Made by a program: the position numbers and the translations under genes. A DNA stretch of 64,000 nt from Trichoplax adhaerens. Taxonomy: Eukaryota; Animalia; Placozoa. Every line of letters begins with the position of its first letter. The first letter of the stretch is position 1. Under the pieces are notes generated by a model. That model did not search any database. It saw only the letters and a list, made by a program, of their open reading frames with translations, and had not been told where the DNA came from. The stretch spans positions 2,181,670-2,245,669 of the forward strand of contig NW_002060953.1 of assembly GCF_000150275.1 (NCBI RefSeq), given 5' to 3'. Positions 53,247 through 64,000 of this stretch are shown here, piece by piece.

Positions 53247-54752
53247 AGGTTCGTCCGCTGTGTAAGAGATATTACTATCATTAGCGATACTCTTTCGTAT
53301 GCGATTAGGTGCTTTAGTTAATATGCTATCATCCTTTTTACAAATTAAACAATCATTATTTAATTGATTGGATAATAAATGACTGAGGTTGGTGCTAAAT
53401 AGGACAACAGTTGATTTTGCCTGTAAAGCTATATTGTATCGTAAATTATTGTCACCTTACCTAGTGTTCGACCAGATTTCTTTTTGTTATTTTTGGGGAA
53501 AATGGGTACAGTATATTTATCTATTATAATTATTTGAAGTAGTTTTTAGATGACGAAGAAATTCAAAACGAAAGCATTCTATCTTAGTATTATAAATATA
53601 GACAATTTAAAGTTAGGGTTAGGGTTAATTTAAAATAGAGATTAGTTTTAAGCAAATGGCATGGTTTAAGAATAATAATTCAGTCATAATATTTCGACTT
53701 TCATTGCCGTTGTTGATAGTGTAAATATTAACTGCGATATATGTTACATTAGCTATAAGATAGAGCGCCTAAGTACATAATTAGAATGTCATCTGTAAAA
53801 GTTCTTATAATATAATTATTGCATTGTAGTCTTATAGTACCGTACGTGATTATATTGTAAAGGCAAATTGATAATTCACTATGAAGAATATGGTATTGCA
53901 TTCGTAAGATTGAGTGCAGCTTGGAATCCAATCCCAGATTGTAACAATATGAATAACAAGTAAATGTGATGCATATTTTCGTATATACTGTATTATATTG
54001 ATAGTGTTAAGTCAGCTTTTCATAATGATAAAGAAGTAATAATCCCATTGCTAAATTATAGATAGACGTGTATAGATCAGATGATATAATTGAAAAATCT
54101 CCGATCGTTTAAATCTTACAATAGATAAGTCGTCAGGGAAACCGCCAAGCTGTAGATAACTGTAGCTAATGAACTATAGATTAAAAATCTTAATAAGTAA
54201 GATTTACATCTTTACCCGCAAATAAGCGTATTTTTTAATATAACTTTAAATTTATAATTTTATGATAGACGGTACAATATGACAAATTAATAAATACTGC
54301 GCCTGCTAAAAATCATGGATTATAACATGGTACTGTATATATTTGATAGAGTTTATGAGGAGTTCATTAAGCAGAATATACTATCAGCCATGTTACAAGA
54401 ATTACAAGTATTCCACGGATACATCGTTAGTAATCGCTAGCATGAAAACGTTTTAATTATTGGGGTCGTAGTACACTAGAAATGAAAACATACGTATATA
54501 TTAAAATATGTAAAAAGTAATTAGCATAGAAATCAATTCCAATACACAAATGAAACAAAGATTACTAAGGTGAAAAAGCAACTTAGCTATATCAACAAAT
54601 TACTATGGAAACTCTTTTCATGGCCGTGCTAATAATTTTCGAAGTTATTTAATCAGCACATTACACTGTCTCTTTTATACAGTAGATTTATAAATCGTAA
54701 GATCATCAGTCATGTGATACAAATCACGGTTACATAAACAGTGCAGTACGTT

Positions 54753-56950
54753 TACGATGACAGAGTTAACAATTTTCTCTTATAAGTTTACCATGAGGGT
54801 ATGAATAAAGATTGATAGTTTTACTTTAATTGTAAATTACGATTATATCAAAAGTATTCCCTATATGATTGTAAGCTATAAAAAAACATAATTGTACTGT
54901 ATATCAATAACAGAAATGTGATGTAATTGTAAGCTACAAGAAAACATAGATACCGGGTATATCATTAACAGAAATGCAATATGACTATAAGCTACAACAA
55001 TATATCAATTACCCAGTATATCATTAACAGAAATGCAATATGACTGTACAGTGTACACTGTACACGAAGCTACAACAATACATCAATTATCCTGTATATC
55101 ATTAACAGAAATGCAATGTGGTTTTAAGCTACAACAATACATCAATTACCCTGCATATCATTAAAAGAAATGCAATGTGGGTAATTATGTTGTGAATTTT
55201 CATTGTCTTGAATCTTTAGTATAGTGTGCACTGCATTGTACAATAGGCAACTCCAGCTAGAAAAAACTGCTACTATACATCGCTGAAACTGGTATAGAGC
55301 TTACTATAATACTGTACTAGAATGATATAGAAATTTTTTAAGAATAGGATGAATTGACTAGTTACTTTGCAGAGACTAGACTGGAAACAATCGTTGCTAT
55401 GGTGATATTATGGGGGCCAACTTTTTTATCGGTCATTTTAACTCAACTAAGTCTAGTACTGATCATGCCACCATGGTAGTGATAATCGTATGTTGTTTGT
55501 ATACGACTGCGCTCCAACTTTGCTGCTAGGTTGTTTTATACAGTACAGAAAGGTATATCGTTGCTTATATAATCGTTATTATCTTTTGAGTACTCAGTAC
55601 AGTAATATACAGCGTTGTGTTTTAGTTTACAATTAGCAGTAAAACTGACCCAATCAACAGTTGTCAATGGCATCATGCTAACAATCCTAAAATAAATGTG
55701 AGTTTCAGCAATTCATCAGAACACAGAACTTGTGTGAATATATTACGAACGTAATATCGCTTACTTTTTTGCTCCATGTTTCGTTGATGTTAATCTGCGG
55801 GAAGGTAAATGCAAATGAAGGCTTTTTTGATGTATCAAATGGTATTAATAATGTCAAATAGAATGAAGATTGCAATGCTATGTACGGTACGATCAGCATG
55901 CCAAAACAGTAAGCATGCCTTGTAGACATCAGTTTCGCTCATAATAATGAAATTACTTTTGCTTCGGCAATGATTGACCGCTATTGAGAAATATTGACAG
56001 CTACTTTCCAATCCTACTGAATTTTTAATGCACAAATAGTTAGTTGATCTACGGTTACTGCTACTTTAATAATCCCTTAAATGATTTAATGCACATTTTT
56101 CAGTTTTCAACGTTATCTTCTAGTCTTTAAATTGCCAAGACGTATAATTATCTTCAAGTCTTGACTACAATCAAGAACTTCTAAATGTAACTGTTGCCAT
56201 AGGGGAGTGCGAGTGCTAGTTTATTTATCGTAGAAGAGAAAAAGAGAGATTCTCGCTAAATTGAACGGATTCACAATAGCACTGATCTGATTGCACTTCG
56301 TTGTTTAAAATTAGTCGATTGATTACAAAAGTTTATAATTTTTATGATGTTATATATTACTATTAGATCCATCATTCGTCCTCCTACGTTCGCTTCTACT
56401 TTTTAATTTACTGTGCGCATAAAACGACACAACGTGTCCACGACTTTTTACAGGTACAGTAAGTTCTCATTTCACGACTCTTTACTCTAACGACATTTAA
56501 AAGTATAGCCTGTATTTTTCTGTAATGACGGCCTGCTTCGCTAAAGCGTCGCTTTAATTGGCTAATATTTACGGTAAGCCGTTTATCGCATTCTGTTTGG
56601 CTTAAAAAAAATTGCAGAGACTAGCTTACGACCGTATTGAAGCTGTGCCACTGTAAAGTCAATAAGTACGAGTATATTGTAACTTATTTTCTTATTAGCG
56701 AATTTCTTGAGTATACGTCTCTTTCCTAGTTATTTAACAAACTTAAAATAGTCCTTTATCAACTGCAAACAAACAATTTAGAAAGTACATACAGAGCAGG
56801 AAAACGCTTATCTTGTGACAGGCCCTTTTCTTTCTGTAGTCCGATTTAAGAGAAACGAGCAAAACGCTTATCTCACAGATAGGCGATTTGATGCGGGTAT
56901 GAATTTTAGATATTTTTCAAGAACCTTTCTCAAGGATTCGGTAACAATTA
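54753..56950 (+). repeat. Left arm of a long diverged inverted repeat
   Basis: Reverse-complement colinear with 59910-62136, e.g. tacgatgacagagttaacaatt versus aattgttaactttatcatcgta, and gagtgcgagtgctagttt versus aaactagcactcgcactc. Roughly 75-80% identity by eye. Confidence 0.9.
54865..55190. repeat. ~58-bp minisatellite inside the left arm (mirrored at ~61775-62025)
   Basis: Unit approximates aagctacaacaatacatcaattaccctgtatatcattaacagaaatgcaatgtg; about 5 copies. Confidence 0.85.
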
Positions 56951-57379
56951 AATTATACCTCGATATACTGTACTGTGCGTCATTTCGTTAAAAGACGCGT
57001 TTTTGATTTCCGGGTCTAAGCCGTATGTTATACTATAATGGCAATTCACATCTCTTTAAGATAATAAAAGTGAAGTTTTTTAATCTCTACAGCATGCAAG
57101 GTCGATGGAATATTTTACAGGTTTACAGTCAAGATATAATAATTATATAATTAATTAACGCGAAGCTAAAGTCGCTTTTAAGTTCAATGTTGGCAAAACT
57201 AACGTCATTATCAAAGGACCACAGAAATGCTTTACTTTACGGTGAATGTTTCATATTGCACTGTACAGTACAGTACAGCACAGTACTGTAGAGAGTCAAA
57301 GTTGAAAGTCCGAAATACTGTATTCTGTCAGTACAGTGCTTAAAATAGATTATCACGTGCCTCAGGGAGGGTCTCTATC

Positions 57380-58062
57380 TTAAAACTCAGCCTAACACTA
57401 GAAATTTTTTACTCTAGCAGAACTTTTCGCAGTACTGTACAGTATCCATACAGTATTGTACAACACAGTATGAAACATACCGTAAAGTACAGTACAGAGC
57501 ATTTCTATTACCCTTTTTAATTAATGCCATAGTATTAATAGAGTGACTTCATAAGAGTCTTAGATGCGCATGTACTCAAACATCATGCATATGCATTTAG
57601 AACCTTCTAGAATACTTATTCAGTGCATTTCTATTGCCCTTTTTAATTAATGCCATAGTATTAATAGAGTGACTTCATAAGAGTCGGTCTTCAGAAGTAC
57701 GGTACTGCACACTACATAACACGGTGTATCAGACCGCCCAGCTTTCTTAAAACTCAGCCTAACACTAGAAATTTTTTACTCGAGCAGAACTTTCGCAGTA
57801 CTGTATCCGCATGCTGTAAACTCTGTTCTGAATCTCAAAGGATGACGTCATACTAACATCATCGCTAGCCTATAAATAGAATCTAATCTATCCGATGGAA
57901 TATTTCCAAGTTTCAACTTGACTTCCCTACAGTATTGTACAACACAGTATGAAACATACCGTAAAGTACAGTACAGTGCTTTTCTATTGCCCTTCTTAAT
58001 TAATGCCATAGTATTAATAGAGTGACTTCATATGCATGTAGAACCTTGTAGAATACTAATTC
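57380..58062. repeat. Mosaic direct repeats in the spacer of the inverted repeat
   Basis: cttaaaactcagcctaacactagaaattttttact twice (~57380, ~57746); ttaattaatgccatagtattaatagagtgacttcata three times; tacagtattgtacaacacagtatgaaacataccgtaaagtacagtacag twice, with a diverged relative near 59540-59670. Confidence 0.85.
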
Positions 58063-58260
58063 TATGAATATTACAATAAGTACTAATAAATTCTAGAATA
58101 TTTCATGATAGATTATATATATAAACGTTACTGTCATATTTTATTAGTTCGCACTTATAAGTCTTAATAAAGTTTTATACTTTGCTAATACGCTGTCTCT
58201 ACATTTGCTCGAGAACTTAGTATTACGGTTAATATTTTTAAAGATGAAAATTATAGGCAA

Positions 58261-58917
58261 TGTTATTGATCTTAGATCGACAACAAAACATGTCAGTGTG
58301 CAGAAACAAGCTTTTCTCCCGTATTTTAAAAAGTAAAGCTTGATGGATGGAAATAAGTTGAAAGTAATTCGCACTAATTGTTACATCGTGAATTGAGGAA
58401 TGTTTAGGATCAATTTATTTTCAATAGTGTGGTAAAAGTCGATGACCAAACTTATACTATTTATTTGTTACTTCTTCATAAGTACTACCAAATTGATATT
58501 CTGAAATTCCTGCTAGCTCGTAATATAGAAGTACAAAATTGGCTTTTATTCTCATACCAGCTTCATATCATGTGCTATAGGATCAACTTACAGTAAGCCT
58601 AGTCATTTCCGTATGACATATCCAGAAATCTTGCTTATTTCTTTAGCGCATTTGTCCGAACATATCTGCTAGTTCTTATGGCAAATTTGCTCGGACGAGT
58701 ATAATATAATTGAGGCTTATAAGAGCTGTTTTAGAGATATTATCCAATACATCGAGAGAAATGTTTGGTTTTAATAATGTACGCATACGCGTATACGCGT
58801 ATAGTATAGTGTATTAAAGATACCGCTCGACGTTTTTTTTCTCAGTTTGGTAAAATAATAGAATAGTTGCTGTTTCTGTAGTTGTGTGACATGCAAGCCC
58901 AGCCGAATCAACATTGA
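58261..58917 (+). repeat. Dispersed repeat homologous to 50422-50787, interrupted by ~300 extra bp
   Basis: caacaaaacatgtcag|gtcatttcc(c/g)tatgacatatccagaaatc is contiguous at ~50443-50488 but split at 58297/58602. Confidence 0.8.
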
Positions 58918-59909
58918 GAATATAGTATCAAAGACATTTCGCTTGATGATTTTCTTAATTTTAATAACTCCAGATCAATTCGATCAAATATTTAATCCAA
59001 CTCATCTCTTATTTGAAGGGGATGGGACTGATATAAAATTGACGTCAAAATTGTTTAGCTTTTAGTTTTTAAATGTAAATGGCGCTTTCTTGAAATACTG
59101 CCTGATAAAACAGTATCACGAAATTTCTTATAACCATTATTTTGTGACTAGTTTGCTTTTGCAGTTTGTGAGTCGAATTATTGTGAGTTCAAGGTTTTAC
59201 ATTTGATCATTGATTAAAGTTAAAATGTCGCTACAGAACCGGATATACTGCATGATATTATTCGATTAAGTACTACAGGTGTTTTCGCCAGCAAAGTCGG
59301 TGGGAGTCCAAACCCTAAAATTAATTAATTAAGGATCACCTGTAATTATTACGCCGTGTATTCACGAAGGATCCATTAAAATTAATTAACAGCTAATAGA
59401 AAAAGGCTCAGATCGATTTTTTTAATTTTAAGCGAGAAAAATATATGAAAACGTAGCGCTGTCGGTCGGTCTGTATGCTCGGACCACAGAGTGGAAAATG
59501 TTTTCCTTTAACCCTGGTTTTGAGGCCTTGACCGCCTATCTGATGGAATGTTCTCGAAGTTTTAACTTGACTTTTCGACTGTACACTACAGTACAGTAGG
59601 AGAATTTATACCGTAAAGTACTATACTGTACAGTGTACAGTACAGTATGTGCAGTGCGAAGTATTTCTATGGCTCTTCATGGTGAAATCACTTTTACCAT
59701 TGATGAAGTTTTATGCGACATTAGTTTTGCGTTAATTATTAAAAACTGGTATAAGCGATTTCACCCATCTTGAATGTAAATCTGCAAAATATTCCATAGT
59801 TCATGCACGCTATAGAGATAAAATAACTTCCTCTTTTTATTATCTTCTCAAAAAGATGTGAATTGGCACAACAATATATTACAAGGAATCGTGCATGGAA
59901 AATGCTTTA

Positions 59910-62136
59910 TTTAACTGTAGTTTGCAACGAAACTTTGAGATACGCTCTTGACAATATCCAAAACTCATCCCTACATCAAAACGCCAACCTCTTCGAAATG
60001 CGTTTTCATCGTTCCTCTGAAATTGGATAACTACGGGATAGGGCGTATCTCAAGATAAGCGTTTCCTTACTTCTTATGTATTTTCCAAATTATCTGTTTA
60101 GTATAATAAAAAGATAAAGTACTATTTCAAATTTGCTAAATAACTAGAAAGGAGAGGTGTATTCAAAAAAAAATCGCTAAAAATTAACAGTTACAATATA
60201 GTGCACTTGTGAACTTTACATCAGCACAGCTACAATACGGTCATAACCTAGTCTCAGCATTTTTCTAAAGCGAAACAGACTGCTATAAATGGCTTACCGT
60301 ATGTAGTAGCCAATTAAAGTGACGTTTTAGTGAAGTAAGCTGTCATTACAGAAAAATACGAGCTATACTTTTGAGTATTGTTAGAGTGAAGCTTCGCGAA
60401 CTTAATGTACCTCTAAATGGTATAGGACACGTTTTGTGGTGTTTTATGCGTACAGTAAAGTAAAAGTAGTAGCGAACGAAGTAGAACGAATGACGGATCT
60501 ATTAGAAATATATAATAATCATAAAATTATAAACTTTTGTAACCATTCGGCTAATTATAAGCAATGAAGTGCAATCGGATCAACATCATTGTGAATCCGT
60601 TCGATATAGCGAGAATCTCTATTTCTCTTCTGCGTTATCTAAACTAGCACTCGCACTCCGTTATGGCAACAGTTACATTTATAAGTGCTTGATTGTAGTC
60701 AAGACTCATAGACCACTATACGTCTTGGTAATCGGAAGACTGGAAGATAACGTAGAAAAATGAAAAATGTGCGTTAAATCAGTTAAGGAATTATTAAAGT
60801 AGTAGCAATCGTAGATCAACTAACTATTCGTACATTAAAAATATAGTCTGATTGGAAGGTAGCTATCAATATTTCTCAATAATGGCCAATCATTGCCGAA
60901 GTAAAAATAATGTCACAATTAACGAGTAAAATTGCAAAATTGATGCCTACAGGACGTGTCAAATGTTAAGCTTATGGTTTATTGACCCTACCGTACATAC
61001 TATTGTAATCTTCACTTCGTCTGACATTACAAATACCTCCACATCGATAAAACGCCGTCATTTTCGATCGGCTTCTCGTGAAGTAACATCATCATTGCCC
61101 AGAAAAATGGAAAACTACGGTAAGCGGGCGATGCTACGTTCGTAATCTATTCATATAGATTCTATGTTCTAATGAATTGCTGACACTCATGTTCATTTCG
61201 GGATTGTTACTCAGAGTAACAGGCTCAATATACACCATGCAGTAAGTTTATTCCGAAAACCTTGCTCTTAGTACACTGACAACTGTTGATTGAGTCAGTT
61301 TTACTGCCATACTAAACACCATACTTGTATACTAACTATATTACCGAGTGGCAGCAAAGTTGGAGCGCGATCGTGTACAGCATACGATTATCATTGCCAT
61401 AGTGGCATGGACAATACAGTATTAGACACCGTTGAGTTAAAATGACCAACAAAAAAGTCGATCCCGACATCACTATAGCAACGATCGTTTCCAGTCCAGT
61501 CCTTATAACTAATCAATTCGTCCTATGCCCAAAATTTCGATATCATTCAAGTACGGTACAGTATTGGCTAGCACCGCAAGATGTCATAGGCGTGAATAAA
61601 TTATTATTTCCTAATTCTGTCTCATTTTTCTTACATAAGCAGAATAAATAAATAATCCTTACTACTATTATTCACAAACTAGTAAAGATTGACTGCAGAA
61701 TGATGTAGTACTGTATGTGCAGTTGTAATGTATAGCGTGCATTGTGCTTAAACTCGAGATAATAAAACTTGATGACGTAATTACCCACATTGCATTTCTG
61801 TAGTCGATATACTGTACGCTACAGGGTAATTATGTCTCATTGTATCTCACACATTGTATTTTTGTTAATGAAATACAGGGTAATTGATGTATTGTAGCTT
61901 ACAATCACATCGCATTTCTATCAATGATATATAGGGTAATTGATGTATTGCTGTAACTTACCGTCACATTGCATTTCTATTATTGTTGCGAAGGGTAATT
62001 ATGTTTCGTTGTAGCTTACAATTACATAGTGAATACTTCTGGTGTCATCGTAGCGTACAAGTAAAGCAAAACTGTCAATCTTTATTTATCATCATGGTAA
62101 ATTTATAAGAAAAAAATTGTTAACTTTATCATCGTA
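59910..62136 (-). repeat. Right arm of the long diverged inverted repeat
   Basis: Reverse complement of 54753-56950; ends 25 nt before the N gap. Confidence 0.9.
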
Positions 62137-62161
62137 CAACACAGTATATACAGTATATACT

Positions 62162-62211
62162 NNNNNNNNNNNNNNNNNNNNNNNNNNNNNNNNNNNNNNN
62201 NNNNNNNNNNN
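62162..62211. other. Assembly gap (50 N)
   Basis: Run of N. Confidence 1.
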
Positions 62212-64000
62212 TATTTTCATATAATTTCAATTAATTTTAATTTTTGAAAAAAGTTATAAGAGTAGGCTTTAGTTGAGAAAATAGAAAATAAGATGGCAAA
62301 TGGCAGAGGTAGTGTTGATTGTTAAGTAGTTAGACTGTTATTGCTATGACTAAATCTTTAGGTTTAAAAGTTAATTTATAATTTTATAACTGGATATAAT
62401 GGATATAATGATAACTGGATTTATAACTGGATAGGATTCCTTTTCTTCCTCTATCCATCAAAGCAAAAGAGCCTGAGGCCTAGTGTAGTGTATTTAGAAT
62501 ATACTGTAACTATATTTTACTCTTAAATATAGACATGTTGTATTGCTCTTATATTTAGACAGACCTACAGTCCGCTTACTCTACATTCATATATAGACTA
62601 CTGTTTTTAGTTATTACGGTACTCGCTGTTTTCTACAATCATCTGCTATTTTGTAACCTGTTATGGTATATGTTGTATCTAATTCCACAATCCTATTCTC
62701 TGCATGTGCTCTATCTTTAAAACTATAAATACTGGCGATTTCTACCTCAGAGTTCATTAGCCTCTCAGTTAGTCTTCTAGTTAGTCTCTCACAGTCTAAT
62801 ACTTCTACTCGTTACTCACGACAGCTTGCACGCTGCTCTACCGTAACTACCTCACTGTACTTCACATTACTAACCTACAATAAAGCATAACTTTTATAAA
62901 CCCTTTGTTTTAATAATTGTAAATGGCGACTAAATCTCAATCCTCTGAGATATCGAACCCTCCATCACACCTAGTAAAATAAGCCAAAGTCGTATTTCCT
63001 TATTGGTAGCTAATAAAAAGTTGACGAAAGCAATTCATTGAAACTGATTTTTATAATTCGTTGTGAATAAAGTTATAGATCTGTTCTAAATAATAGAAGG
63101 TGGTTTAGTCATTAGCTGTGACTTTTAAAATTAAAGCTGGTCGTGTTCCATGCATATGGCGAAAAGCTTCCTTAGATTAGTCAGATATTTTTACGATATT
63201 AAATAATTTATGAGCCGCTAAGATACAGTACCGTAAATACTTGTACTTGAAGTTTTGCATTTGGGCAGCATCTATTATAATTATCAACTGTCATTATTAC
63301 TATGGCGTTGTTATGTGAGCACAGCGTAAAACCACTCATTAGTTAATTATCTGCATAAAATAATGTATAACAACTTTATTCTATATATCTATAACAATTT
63401 AAATTAATCCGTCCCTAATATTTTTATACTGAGGTAATCTTATTGCAATTTCAAGATGCCAGTATTTTATGTATGATTGCTGTTCCCCTTATTCTTCTGT
63501 TAGGATTGCACTTGTATCCTAAGGAAGCTGGTCAAAATCTAAATTTAGCTCAACTCTGTCTGTTTTACTTATTTCTCACTTCTCATACATTTATGGAAGG
63601 TGCTATAAGGTCGATTCAAGACTAGAAAACTTTACCATATTGCGATAATTTGCGCCAATCAATCAAATATACAATCATGAAATATACCTTTAGTTTTAAC
63701 AGCGAAAACGGAAGCTTCACCGAGTAGGAAAGAATCAGAAACTACCTATCTAGCTGGCGCTAGCAAACAATCACACCGTGATCAAACAGAAAATAATGCT
63801 TAGTCCAGTGAAGTAAAATACTGTACAGAACATTGCAATATTGAATGACGAATGGCGACTTATGCAAAAATTCTATAAATCGGATAAATCTTAATGGCTA
63901 ATCAGTCTACTTAGTCAAGATTTTTTGAGTTGAAAATTATAAGTAATGATATTGACCTAAGATCTACAACAAAACATGTCAGCGTCATTTCCCTATGACA
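62212..64000 (+). repeat. Near-identical copy of 48687-50475 (includes the pseudogene fragment at ~63439-63804)
   Basis: Identical 60-aa ORF at 63443 and 49918; starts immediately after the gap and runs off the window. Confidence 0.95.

Noticed and set aside
53612-53627. Telomere-like TTAGGG repeats
   Set aside because: Only about 2.5 copies; not enough for an interstitial telomere call.
55705-61651. Short ORFs within the inverted-repeat arms and spacer
   Set aside because: Frames are not preserved between the two arms, and no domains are recognisable.

Overview
AT-rich eukaryotic genomic DNA with short (~80-100 nt) introns, most consistent with a compact early-branching animal genome such as the placozoan Trichoplax (inference). 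Genes in order: two tandem organellar-type Na+/H+ exchangers (NHE6/7/9-like, + strand), a RalBP1/RLIP76 RhoGAP (- strand), a plasma-membrane-type NHE (+), the O-mannosyltransferase TMTC4 (+), an unassigned two-exon ~808-aa multi-pass membrane protein (+) with truncated relics, and an unassigned 527-aa ORF (-). The last 15 kb holds a ~7.4-kb diverged inverted duplication and a near-identical 1.8-kb duplicate beside an assembly gap. Most striking: each NHE6-like paralog has three minor-spliceosome (U12-type) introns, and in both genes two of the three appear to use rare AT-AA ends. The first paralog also carries two decayed tandem copies of one exon.
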